Positions 1 through 10,521 of a stretch of DNA of 38,076 bases are shown here, piece by piece. The position numbers and the translations under genes were made by a program. The stretch spans positions 1 through 38,076 of the forward strand of contig JBBIKR010000027.1 in NCBI GenBank assembly GCA_037445395.1. Direction: 5' to 3'. A model generated the notes under the pieces. The model worked only from the letters and a program-made list of their open reading frames with translations. It made no database searches and was not told where the DNA came from. The number at the start of each line of letters is the position of its first letter. Position 1 is the first letter of the stretch. This DNA is from Thermoflexales bacterium (lineage in GTDB: Bacteria > Chloroflexota > Anaerolineae > B4-G1 > DUEL01).

Positions 1-16
1 GCCGCCGCAAAACCCC
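1..16. repeat. Right arm, cut by the window edge, of a GGGGTTYTGCGG...CCGCARAACCCC hairpin repeat
   Basis: gccgccgcaaaacccc is identical to 18295-18310, the right arm of the hairpin after aor. Here it is followed by a T-run. Confidence 0.6.
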
Positions 17-24
17 TCATTTTT

Positions 25-118
25 CCCCTCCCCTCTCCCGCCGCCGTCAGGCGAGCGGGAGAGGGGCACGAACGATTCAAAGAAATTAATGAACCCAGGG
101 GCAGAGGTGGGGTGAGGG
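25..118 (+). repeat. About 95-bp hairpin-containing intergenic repeat, copy 1
   Basis: Its reverse complement aligns by eye at roughly 80% identity with 25690-25785 (shared ccctcacccca...ggttcat...tgaatcRttcgtgcccctctccc...gggagagggg). Internal stem cccctctccc/gggagagggg. Confidence 0.75.
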
Positions 119-159
119 AATGACGAAAACGCCTGTTGGTACCTAACTTGATGCCAATA

Positions 160-2351
<2,192 letters not shown>

Positions 2352-2972
2352 CTACTCGGCGGTCGCAACGATCACGCGCGCCGGCCGTAGCAGCCGGTCG
2401 CCGATGCGGTAGCCTGCCCGGACCACGTGGGCGACCGTATCCGGCTCTTTGCCGACCTGATGCGCGGGGACGGTCCCCACCGCTTCGTGCCAGGCCGGGT
2501 CAAAGGGCTGGCCCTCCGCCTCAATGGGCGCCACCCCCTCCCGGCTCAGCAGATGCATCAGACTGCGGTGGGTCAGTTCCACCCCCTGGCGGATGGCCTC
2601 CGCGTCGGCGCCGTCGGCGGAGAGGGCCCGGGCCAGGTCGTCGGCGACGGCCAGGAAGTCCCGCAGCAACCGCTCCCGATCGGCAGCAATCCGCTCCTCC
2701 GTCAGGCGCTGCAGCCGCTTGCGGAAGTTATCCATTTCCGCCTCCAGGCGCAGCGCCCGGTCTTTCCACCGTTCCAGTTCTTCTTTCAACGCCTGTTCTT
2801 CCTCCGAAGGGCCCGCCGGAACTGACGGGGCGGTAGCGGTTGTCGGCGGCACGGGCGGCGGCGCCTCGGCGACCGGCGGCGGGGCCTCATCCACCGGAAC
2901 GACCGGCGACGGCGGCGCCTCCTCCAGTTCCGGCTGGACGATGCGGATGGGGATTTTCTTTCGGGTCGTCAC
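2352..2972 (-). CDS. grpE: Nucleotide exchange factor GrpE
   Basis: 206 aa with a Pro/Ala-rich N-terminus, a long helix (ALKEELERWKDRALRLEAEMDNFRKR) and a GrpE C-terminal beta domain. GTG start with GGAGG RBS, 18 nt after the dnaK stop. Confidence 0.93.
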   Translation of the reverse strand: MTTRKKIPIRIVQPELEEAPPSPVVPVDEAPPPVAEAPPPVPPTTATAPSVPAGPSEEEQALKEELERWKDRALRLEAEMDNFRKRLQRLTEERIAADRERLLRDFLAVADDLARALSADGADAEAIRQGVELTHRSLMHLLSREGVAPIEAEGQPFDPAWHEAVGTVPAHQVGKEPDTVAHVVRAGYRIGDRLLRPARVIVATAE

Positions 2973-2990
2973 AGCGCCTCCTCGCGTGCG

Positions 2991-4898
2991 CTACGTTTCA
3001 CGGAATTCACCCTCAATCACATCCCCCTCGCCGCCGGAGGGGCCGGCACCACCCGGAGTGGGGCCGCCCGGACCGCCCGCCGCCTGCTGCCGGGCGTACA
3101 TCTGCTGGCCCAGCGCCATACTGGCCTGCTGGAGTTGCTCTATCAGCCGCCGGATGCGGGCGATGTCCTCGCCCTTCATCGCCTCCCGCAGGTCGCGAAT
3201 GATGTCCTCAATCCGCTGGCGGTCAGAACCCGACACCTGGTCCCCCAGTTCCCGCAGGAACTTCTCCGTCTGGTAGATGACACTGTCGGCGGCATTGCGG
3301 GCCTCTGCCAGTTCCCTCCGCTGCCGGTCCTCCGCCTCGTGCCGCTTCGCCTCGTTCAGCAACCGCTCCACCTCTTCTTTGCTCAGGTTGGTGGTGGCGG
3401 TGATGGTGATGCGCTGTTCCCGGCCCGTTGCCTTATCCTTCGCCGAGACGTTGAGGATGCCGTTGGCGTCAATGTCAAACGTGACCTCAATCTGCGGGAT
3501 GCCGCGCGGGGCCGGCGGGATGCCCTCCAGGTTAAAGCGGCCCAGGCTGATGTTGTCGGCCGCCATCGGGCGCTCCCCCTGCAGGACGTGGATGGTGACC
3601 ACGGTCTGGCCGTCCTCGGCGGTGGTGAAGATTTCGCTCTTGCGCACCGGGATGGTGGTGTTGCGCGGGATGAGCGGCGTCATCACACCGCCCAGCGTCT
3701 CCACGCCCAGCGTCAGCGGGGTGACGTCCAGCAGGACCACGTCGCGCACCTCGCCGCCCAGGACGCCGGCCTGAATCGCCGCGCCGACGGCCACCACCTC
3801 GTCGGGGTTGACGCCCTTGTGCGGCTCCTTGCCGCCGGTCAGTTCCCGCACCAGGTCCTGAATCATCGGCATCCGGGTGGCGCCGCCCACCAGGACCACC
3901 GCGTCCAGGTCCCGGGCGCTCATCTTCGCATCCCGCAGCGCCTGCTCAAAGGGGCCGCGGCAGCGCTGGACCAGGTCGGCCGTCAACTGCTCCAGTTTGG
4001 CCCGCGTCAGCCGCATCTGCAGGTGCTTGGGGCCGGAAGCGTCGGCGGTGATGAAGGGCAGGTTGATCTCCGTTTCCAGCATCGTGGAGAGTTCAATCTT
4101 CGCCTTCTCCGCCGCTTCCTTCAGCCGCTGGAGCGCCTGCCGGTCCTGCCGCAGGTCAATCCCGTACTCCTTCCTGAACTCATCCGCCACGTAGTTGACG
4201 ATGCGCTGGTCCCAGTCGTCGCCGCCCAGGAAGGTGTCGCCGCTGGTGGCCTTCACCTCAATAACGCCTTCCCCGACCTCCAAGATGGAGACGTCAAAGG
4301 TGCCGCCGCCCAGGTCAAAGACCAGGATGGTCTCCACGCCCTTCTTGTCCAGCCCGTAGGCCAGGGACGCCGCCGTAGGCTCGTTGATGATGCGCAGCAC
4401 CTCCAGCCCGGCGATCTTCCCGGCGTCCTTCGTCGCCTGGCGCTGGCTGTCGTTGAAGTAGGCCGGAACGGTGATGACGGCCTGGGTGACGGGCTCGCCC
4501 AGGTAGGCTTCAGCGTCCTGCTTCAGTTTGCGCAGGATCATCGCCGAGATTTCCTGGGGCGTGTACTCCTTCCCGGTCTGCGGGATGTAGACGCGGGCAT
4601 CCCCCTGCGGCCCGGCGACGATTTTGTACGGAAGAATCCGGCGCGCTTTCTCCACCTCCGGGTCATCGTAGCGCCGCCCCATCAGCCGCTTGATGGAGAA
4701 AATGGTGTTTTCCGGATTGACAATGGCCTGCCGACGGGCCGCCTGGCCCACCAGCCGCTCCCCCGTCTTGGTGAACGCAACGACGGACGGGCAGAGGTTG
4801 CCCCCTTCGGCGGTGGGGATGACGACCGGCTCGCCGCCCATCAGCACGGCCACCACCGAGTTCGTCGTACCCAGATCAATCCCAACGATTTTGCCCAT
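2991..4898 (-). CDS. dnaK: Molecular chaperone DnaK (Hsp70)
   Basis: Hsp70 signatures [21 protein letters not shown] and [14 protein letters not shown] with GGAGGT RBS. Confidence 0.98.
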   Translation of the reverse strand: MGKIVGIDLGTTNSVVAVLMGGEPVVIPTAEGGNLCPSVVAFTKTGERLVGQAARRQAIVNPENTIFSIKRLMGRRYDDPEVEKARRILPYKIVAGPQGDARVYIPQTGKEYTPQEISAMILRKLKQDAEAYLGEPVTQAVITVPAYFNDSQRQATKDAGKIAGLEVLRIINEPTAASLAYGLDKKGVETILVFDLGGGTFDVSILEVGEGVIEVKATSGDTFLGGDDWDQRIVNYVADEFRKEYGIDLRQDRQALQRLKEAAEKAKIELSTMLETEINLPFITADASGPKHLQMRLTRAKLEQLTADLVQRCRGPFEQALRDAKMSARDLDAVVLVGGATRMPMIQDLVRELTGGKEPHKGVNPDEVVAVGAAIQAGVLGGEVRDVVLLDVTPLTLGVETLGGVMTPLIPRNTTIPVRKSEIFTTAEDGQTVVTIHVLQGERPMAADNISLGRFNLEGIPPAPRGIPQIEVTFDIDANGILNVSAKDKATGREQRITITATTNLSKEEVERLLNEAKRHEAEDRQRRELAEARNAADSVIYQTEKFLRELGDQVSGSDRQRIEDIIRDLREAMKGEDIARIRRLIEQLQQASMALGQQMYARQQAAGGPGGPTPGGAGPSGGEGDVIEGEFRET

Positions 4899-4912
4899 AA
4901 CTCAACCTCCGG

Positions 4913-4948
4913 AATGGTAAATTGGTGACTGGGAAATGGTAAATTGGT
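4913..4948 (-). promoter_or_regulatory. Two perfect 14-bp direct repeats (minus strand ACCAATTTACCATT, 22-bp period) next to the dnaK RBS
   Basis: aatggtaaattggt occurs at 4913-4926 and again at 4935-4948, 2 nt from the GGAGGT RBS of dnaK. No CIRCE-type inverted repeat is present. Confidence 0.5.
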
Positions 4949-5021
4949 ATCCCCGGGAATATCGCGGTATCAGTATGCCACCGATGTATGAGAAATCCGT
5001 TAGAGGTGTATTAGAAACGCG

Positions 5022-6362
5022 TTAGAAATGGGTATCCGAAGTTCGCATCCGGATTTGCAGGGCCACTTCGCGGAGGGTGTAGATGGTCGTGAAACCCGCC
5101 GCGGCGGTGACCAGGCCCGCCGCTACGAAGACGGTCTGCACGCCCAGGAAGTGGCCCAGGAAGGCCGAAAGCCCTTCCGCCAACGCCGTCCCGGCAGCGA
5201 CGATGAGCGCCACTGCCGACTGGACCCGCCCCCGTACCTCATCGGGCGAGAGGGTCTGGACCATTGTATCCAGTGCCCCGCGGGCGATGACGATGCAAAT
5301 CCCCAGAGCCACGACACTGAAGAGGACGACCAGGTAGGTGGGGGCGTAGGCGAAACCGACGATCGCCCCACCCGCCAGAATCAGCATCCAGCCCACAAGG
5401 ATGTGGAGAGAGACCCAGCGCGAAAGGCGCGCGGCGACCAGTCCGCCCAGAATGGAGCCGACGCCCAGCGCGCTCATGGCCCCACCGTATTCCAGCCCTC
5501 CGGCCCCTAACTGGACCTTGAGGTGGGGGATGGCCAGAAGGACGACCGCGCCGATGCCCAGGGTTGCCACGCCCGTCACCGGTAGCACCCGGCGCAGGGA
5601 TGGGGAATGGTAGATAAATCCCAGTCCTGCCCGCATATCCTGCCACAGGGTACGGGAGGGGGTCAGGCCGGATTGGCCGTTCCGCAACGGCGGAATGCGG
5701 ATCATCAGGATTGTCGCCGCCGAGACCACAAACGTCGCGCTGTCAAAGATAATGGCGGCTGGCCATCCCCACAGTTCCACAATGCTCCCGGCCAGCATCG
5801 GGCCCAGGATGAGGGCCAGGATGTAACTGCCCTGGATCATTCCGTTAGCCGCCAGGAGGAGGTCGTCGGGAACGATGTTGGGGATGCTGGCGTTGCGGGC
5901 CGGGTAGAAGAACGCGCCGATCATCGCCAGCCCCGCCGCCGCCAGGTAGAGAATCCAGAGGTCGCCGGTGGTCCGCACCAGCAGGGCCGCCAGAACCAGG
6001 AGCGCCCGCAGGAGGTCGGAGGCAATCATGACCCACTTGCGATCTATGCGGTCGGCGATGACGCCCCCCACCAGTCCAAAGAGGACCTGGGGGAGGGCCA
6101 GGGAGAGCGCCGGGATCAACAGGGCCAGAGGCGAAGCGGAGAGGTAGGTGATCAGGGTGACGGCCGCGATCAGGAGGCACTGGTCCCCGATCTGGGAGAG
6201 CAGTTGTCCCACCCAGAGGAGCATGAAATCTTGCTGCGCCAGCAGCGGCTTCGCCAGCCCAAATCGGATGGGCCTGCGCCGGGGAAGAGCGGATACCGCG
6301 GGATGTTCTGGTTCGCCTTCCCCTACCGGCGTTTGCAACAGGGTCGCAGTGGGTTCCTCCAT
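5022..6362 (-). CDS. MFS transporter
   Basis: About 12 hydrophobic segments and an MFS motif-A-like loop GGVIADRIDRK. I moved the start to ATG 6362 (AGGTGA RBS) because TTG 6422 lies inside a repeat hairpin. Confidence 0.85.
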   Translation of the reverse strand: MEEPTATLLQTPVGEGEPEHPAVSALPRRRPIRFGLAKPLLAQQDFMLLWVGQLLSQIGDQCLLIAAVTLITYLSASPLALLIPALSLALPQVLFGLVGGVIADRIDRKWVMIASDLLRALLVLAALLVRTTGDLWILYLAAAGLAMIGAFFYPARNASIPNIVPDDLLLAANGMIQGSYILALILGPMLAGSIVELWGWPAAIIFDSATFVVSAATILMIRIPPLRNGQSGLTPSRTLWQDMRAGLGFIYHSPSLRRVLPVTGVATLGIGAVVLLAIPHLKVQLGAGGLEYGGAMSALGVGSILGGLVAARLSRWVSLHILVGWMLILAGGAIVGFAYAPTYLVVLFSVVALGICIVIARGALDTMVQTLSPDEVRGRVQSAVALIVAAGTALAEGLSAFLGHFLGVQTVFVAAGLVTAAAGFTTIYTLREVALQIRMRTSDTHF

Positions 6363-6408
6363 ACGGGTTTTCACCTGTTTGCTGTGCCGTCCCTGAATCG
6401 GGTGAGTC

Positions 6409-6435
6409 GGGGGCGACCGCAAGGGTCGCCCCTAT
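6409..6435. repeat. GGCRACCGYAAGGGTYGCCCCTAY hairpin repeat, copy 2
   Basis: gggggcgaccgcaagggtcgcccctat has stem ggggcgacc/ggtcgcccc and a GCAA loop. Confidence 0.65.
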
Positions 6436-6642
6436 GTCCCCTGCCCCCGGTTGACCGTCCGGCGAGAGGGCCGCCGGCGCGGGCCGACACCCGGCGCTTC
6501 AGTGAGCGCCGGTGGGGGTCGGGGGTGAGGTGCGGCGGGCGGCTTCGCCGTCCGCCGCAGACCCCCTTCTCTTTGCCCCCTATCCCCAACAGCCAAACTT
6601 CAGGGGGAGAAGCAGGAACTACCAACGTTCCCGATCCTCCCC

Positions 6643-7089
6643 TCATCGGGAGCGAACCAGAACGGTCCACGTCCCTTTCTGCACCACTTCGTCCCGCTGA
6701 TTCAGCACGACGGCAGAGATGGTCACGAAGCCCCCGCCCAGATGGGGCATCTCTTTTTTCTGCATCGCGGCCATCCGCACCCGAATTGTATCCCCAATCC
6801 GGATGGGGGCGCGGAATTTCCAGTCCAGCCCGATCAACGCGATGGCCGTTCCCTCCATGAGGCCCGTCTGCCAGGCCAGCCCGCTGGCGACGGAAAGCCC
6901 CAGCAGGCCATGGGCGATGCGCTCCCCGAACATCGTCGTCCGGGCATACTCCGGGTCCACATGCAGCGGGTTGTGATCGCCGGAGAGTTCGGCGAAGGTC
7001 AGAATGTCCGCCTCGGTGATGGTGCGCGGCGCCGATTCTATCTCTTCGCCGATGACGAAGTCCTCAAAGTACCGTCCCCGGGGTTCCAT
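6643..7089 (-). CDS. MaoC-family (R-specific enoyl-CoA hydratase-like) hot-dog dehydratase
   Basis: 148 aa with FAELSGDHNPLHVDPEYA...FGERIAHG, typical of the MaoC dehydratase fold. ATG with GGAGG RBS. Confidence 0.88.
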   Translation of the reverse strand: MEPRGRYFEDFVIGEEIESAPRTITEADILTFAELSGDHNPLHVDPEYARTTMFGERIAHGLLGLSVASGLAWQTGLMEGTAIALIGLDWKFRAPIRIGDTIRVRMAAMQKKEMPHLGGGFVTISAVVLNQRDEVVQKGTWTVLVRSR

Positions 7090-8059
7090 CGGGTGCCTCC
7101 TGAGTTGTGGTGTCCTCCATGACCGCCTTCAGCGCCCGGATGGCGACCTCCACCATCCCGTCGTCGGGCGGGCGGGTGGTGAGCCGTTGCAGTGCCAGAT
7201 TGGGGCCCACCAGCGGGCGCATCCAGGGCCGGTCGGCGAAGCGGGCGCTGAACTGCATCCACTCGTAGGCCAGGCCGACGATGAGCGGGATCGCCAGAAT
7301 CCGGCTGAGGGCCCGCCCCATCAACGGCAACTGCCCCAGCGGAGCCAGGACCAGGACCGAAATGACCACCACGGTCAGCAGAAAGGATGTGCCGCACCGG
7401 GTGTGGGCGGTGGAGTGGGCCTGAACGGCCTCCACCGTCAGCGGCGCCCCGGCCTCGTAGGCGTTGATGGTTTTGTGCTCCGCCCCGTGGTAGGCGAAAA
7501 CCCGGCGAATGTCGGGCAGAAACCCGACCCCCCAGATGTAGCCCACCACCAGGAGCAACCGGACCAGTCCCTCCAGCAGACTGTCTGCCAGGGGGGAGAG
7601 TGCTGCGGGGAGCAGGCCCACCAGCAAGGACGGCAGAACCATAAAAAGGCCGACGCCCAGGACCAGCCCCAGCAGTCCGCTCACCCACCCCAGCGCGCCG
7701 CCGAACGAGCCCGCTTTCTCCTCTTCGCCCAGGGCTACATCCGCCGACCACATCAGCGCGCGGACCCCCAGCCCCAGCGCGTCCCAGAGCATGGTCAGCC
7801 CGCGCAGCAACGGGATGCGGGGGATGATGCCCTGGTAGATGGCCGACCGGAGCAGTTCGGTGCGGAGGACAATCTCCCCCTGGGGGTTGCGGACGGCCAC
7901 CGCCACGCGGCGGGTGCTCCGCATCATCACCCCCTCAATCACCGCCTGCCCGCCGTAGCGCCGGAGAAGGTCCGGGGGGCGCGGCCGATCATCGTCGGAG
8001 ACGACGTCGGGGCGCTCGTTGACCCCGCACAATCCACACCATCCGTGGAATCCGTGCAA
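7064..8059 (-). CDS. DUF1385 (YqhQ-like) membrane protein
   Basis: YGGQAVIEGVMMRS near the N-terminus and YHGAEHKTINAYE, plus hydrophobic segments. The 5' end is uncertain because TTG 8059 lies in tandem CACGGATT repeats. The 3' end overlaps the maoC-like start by 26 nt. Confidence 0.8.
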   Translation of the reverse strand: MHGFHGWCGLCGVNERPDVVSDDDRPRPPDLLRRYGGQAVIEGVMMRSTRRVAVAVRNPQGEIVLRTELLRSAIYQGIIPRIPLLRGLTMLWDALGLGVRALMWSADVALGEEEKAGSFGGALGWVSGLLGLVLGVGLFMVLPSLLVGLLPAALSPLADSLLEGLVRLLLVVGYIWGVGFLPDIRRVFAYHGAEHKTINAYEAGAPLTVEAVQAHSTAHTRCGTSFLLTVVVISVLVLAPLGQLPLMGRALSRILAIPLIVGLAYEWMQFSARFADRPWMRPLVGPNLALQRLTTRPPDDGMVEVAIRALKAVMEDTTTQEAPDGTPGTVL

Positions 8060-8066
8060 TCCGTGG
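8031..8066. repeat. Short tandem array of CACGGATT-type 8-10-mers (minus-strand reading)
   Basis: aatccacacc atccgtgg aatccgtgc aatccgtgg sits between the Ldh_2 stop and the DUF1385 5' end. It is related to the ACGGAAT-based palindromes at 22503, 27531 and 36897. Confidence 0.6.
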
Positions 8067-9164
8067 TTACAGAGAATACTCCACCCCCAACTCGGCGGCG
8101 ATGGCCTGCAGGTCGGCCGCGACTTTGGGGTTCAGCGGAATGCCTTCCCGAAGACGACGCTCCGTCTCCTCGTACTCTTTCTCCCCGTGGATGTAGATGC
8201 GGGTGGCGCCTTCCGCTTTGGGGGCGTTCTTCAGCCGCCGCTGAAGGTCGTCCATTGCCGCCTTGAACTCCTCCACGGGTCGGAACGCATCCACCCGCCA
8301 GGCCCCGAAGAAGTGGCCCAGGTTGGCCGGCAGGGGCTTCCCGTCCGGCGTCTTGGGGTAGACCAGGTCGGCGTAGGCGGCACCGGAGAGAACGGCACAG
8401 AAGACGTCCACCCAGAGGGCCAGGCCGTACCCTTTGTGCCCGCTGAGCAGTTCTCCTTCGCCGCCCAGCGGGAGCAGGCCGCCACCGGCCCGCTTCTTGA
8501 AGTTCTCCAGCACCCGACCGGCGTCGTCGGTCGCGATGCCGCGCTCATCGGTGGCCCATCCCAGCGGCATGGGCTTCCCCAGCCGATGATAGACCTCCAG
8601 TTTGCCCCGGGGGACGGTGCTGGTGGCCATATCCAGGACGAAGGGGCGCTCTTCCCCGGCGGGCGCGGCGACCGCAATGGGGTTGGTCCCCAACATCGCG
8701 TTGCGGCCGAAAGTCGGCACGACCAGGACGTCGGCGTTGGTCATGGACATGCCGATACAGTCGTGCTCCAGGGCCATCATGGCGTAATATCCGGCGATGC
8801 CGTAGTGGTTGGAGTTGCGCACGACGACGAATCCCGCGCCCACTTCCAGCGCTTTGCGGATGGCCCTCTGCATCGCCCGATAGGAGACGGGTTGCCCCAA
8901 CCCGGCCCCGGCGTCTATGAGGGCAGTGGCCGGTGTCTCATGCACCACCCGCTCCTGGGGACGGGCGACCATCATGCCGGTCTGCAACCCCTCCACGTAG
9001 CGGCGCAGTCGGGCCACACCGTGGGAATCAATCCCGCGCAGGTCCGCCGCCACCAGCACATCGGCGGTGATCCGGGCATCCTCCTCCGACACCCCCAGTT
9101 TCCGGAAGACCGTTTCGCAGAACGCCTTCAGAGGCTCTGCCCAGACACGGATCTCTTCTGCCAT
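8067..9164 (-). CDS. Ldh_2 family (type-2 malate/L-lactate/ureidoglycolate-like) dehydrogenase
   Basis: 365 aa with LRGIDSHGVARL and VVRNSNHYGIAGYY motifs. ATG with AGGAG RBS. Confidence 0.85.
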   Translation of the reverse strand: MAEEIRVWAEPLKAFCETVFRKLGVSEEDARITADVLVAADLRGIDSHGVARLRRYVEGLQTGMMVARPQERVVHETPATALIDAGAGLGQPVSYRAMQRAIRKALEVGAGFVVVRNSNHYGIAGYYAMMALEHDCIGMSMTNADVLVVPTFGRNAMLGTNPIAVAAPAGEERPFVLDMATSTVPRGKLEVYHRLGKPMPLGWATDERGIATDDAGRVLENFKKRAGGGLLPLGGEGELLSGHKGYGLALWVDVFCAVLSGAAYADLVYPKTPDGKPLPANLGHFFGAWRVDAFRPVEEFKAAMDDLQRRLKNAPKAEGATRIYIHGEKEYEETERRLREGIPLNPKVAADLQAIAAELGVEYSL

Positions 9165-9238
9165 TCTTCTCCTTTCGTGATGGTCTGGTATTCTATTCCA
9201 TCTTTCTCCTACCGTGCGGGAGAGGGCATCCCGATCGC

Positions 9239-9496
9239 TCAGTCACCAATAACCTCCGCTATAATCTCATCGGCATCGTACTGGAAGGGCGAGACGCCGT
9301 AGCGCGCCAGCGCTGCCAGGAACTCGGCTCGGGGTATCCCTGCGACTTCGGCAGCCTTCGCTTGAGAAAGGCGGCCCATCTCATACCATTTGATTGCGGC
9401 CGCTAATCGCATCTCGGCTACAAATTGGGGAGGGTCCTGCCGTAGGGCCGAGAATACGCTTCGTGGCAGTCTCAGCGAAACCTGTACTGTGTCCAT
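9239..9496 (-). CDS. UPF0175-family antitoxin-like protein with no adjacent toxin
   Basis: 85 aa. The pattern ...LAAAIKWYEMGRLSQAKAAEVAGIPRAEFLAALARYGVSPF... is the typical UPF0175 HTH pattern. ATG with GGAGG RBS. Confidence 0.75.
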   Translation of the reverse strand: MDTVQVSLRLPRSVFSALRQDPPQFVAEMRLAAAIKWYEMGRLSQAKAAEVAGIPRAEFLAALARYGVSPFQYDADEIIAEVIGD

Positions 9497-9547
9497 GTTG
9501 CTTATCCTCCGTTAACGATCGGAGCAGGGATGATCTGTCCAGTCCCT

Positions 9548-10504
9548 TCACCCGCGCCCCATTTCCTGCGGCAAAATCAACTCCTGTCGCACCCGTTCCA
9601 GGAGCGCCTCCGCCCGCAGTTCCTCCAGCCGGTAGCAGGGGGCCTGGAGGTGGTCCGCCAGCGCCTGGGCCAGCCCCTGGTCAAAGGACTTGTGCTCCAT
9701 GTTGATGACCACCGACCGGATGCAGGCCTGGGGGAAGAGTTCCGCGATGCGGTGGGCTTCCTCCTGGGGCGGCAGGTCGCTCATGGAGACGTTTCCGGCC
9801 CCGTCGGTGAGGAGGACCATTAGAGGCATCAGGTCGGGGTGCTGGCGAAGTTCGCGGGTGATGACCTCGTAGGCCAGGTGGAGGCCGGCGGAGAGGGGGG
9901 TTTTACCGCCCACCGGGACGTCCTGAAGCGCTTTCTGGGCGCGGGTCACGCTGTGGGTGGGCGGCAGGACCAGCCGGGCGCCGTTCTTCTGGAAGACGAC
10001 CACCCCCACCCGGTCCCGGCGCTGGTAGGCATCGGTGAGCAACGACATCACGGCCCCTTTGGTTGCCTCCATCCGCTCCGCCACGGCCATAGACCATGAG
10101 GCGTCCACCACGAAGAGGATGAGGTTGGCCATGCGGCGGACGCGCACTTTGCGGTGGTAGTCCTCCGGGCAGACGACCAGCGCGGGCCCGCCGGCCCGGC
10201 GACGGCGGCTCTGATAGGGCGCGGCGGCCCGCAGCGTGGCATCAAAGGCCAGGTCGCTGGGGTCTTCGGGGGAGGGACGGGCCTGGATGTACCGCCCGCG
10301 CCGCTGGTCGGTGCGGGTGGTGCTGCGCCGACCGGTCCCGGAGCGGGTCAGACGGTCCAGAGGGGTATCCAGCCGTCGGGGGATGAAGGACTCGCCAGCG
10401 GGAATCTTCTTCCCCCCTTCCCACCACTGTCCCTCGGAGGGCCACCGGGGGATGTTCTGGAGAACGGGCTCGCGCGGCTGCTGCTGTCCCTCGGAGGAGG
10501 GCAT
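9548..10504 (-). CDS. VWA-domain protein resembling the linker plus C-terminal half of Mg-chelatase subunit D (ChlD/BchD)
   Basis: Basic, disordered N-terminus, then FDATLRAAAPYQ, then the MIDAS motif ILFVVDASWSM (DxSxS). Starts 17 nt after the chlI-like stop. Confidence 0.8.
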   Translation of the reverse strand: MPSSEGQQQPREPVLQNIPRWPSEGQWWEGGKKIPAGESFIPRRLDTPLDRLTRSGTGRRSTTRTDQRRGRYIQARPSPEDPSDLAFDATLRAAAPYQSRRRRAGGPALVVCPEDYHRKVRVRRMANLILFVVDASWSMAVAERMEATKGAVMSLLTDAYQRRDRVGVVVFQKNGARLVLPPTHSVTRAQKALQDVPVGGKTPLSAGLHLAYEVITRELRQHPDLMPLMVLLTDGAGNVSMSDLPPQEEAHRIAELFPQACIRSVVINMEHKSFDQGLAQALADHLQAPCYRLEELRAEALLERVRQELILPQEMGRG

Positions 10505-10521
10505 CTCGCCCGTCTCAACCT

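Noticed and set aside
3135-4928. 597-aa ORF on the plus strand antisense to dnaK. Similar long antisense or alternate-frame ORFs: 16100-17974 (-), 10591-12060 (+), 13063-14676 (-), 12873-14387 (+), 5607-6860 (+), 7004-8266 (+), 8019-9302 (+), 20011-21114 (-), 33035-33964 (+), 35095-36267 (+).
   Set aside because: They overlap genes with unmistakable family signatures. They have Arg/Gly/Pro/Ala-rich low-complexity composition and no recognisable motifs. Stop-poor alternate frames are expected in GC-rich DNA.
4899-5021. I looked for a CIRCE (HrcA) or HAIR (HspR) inverted repeat upstream of dnaK.
   Set aside because: No TTAGCACTC-N9-GAGTGCTAA-like or CTTGAGT-N7-ACTCAAG-like sequence is present. 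Only direct repeats were found, and these are reported separately.
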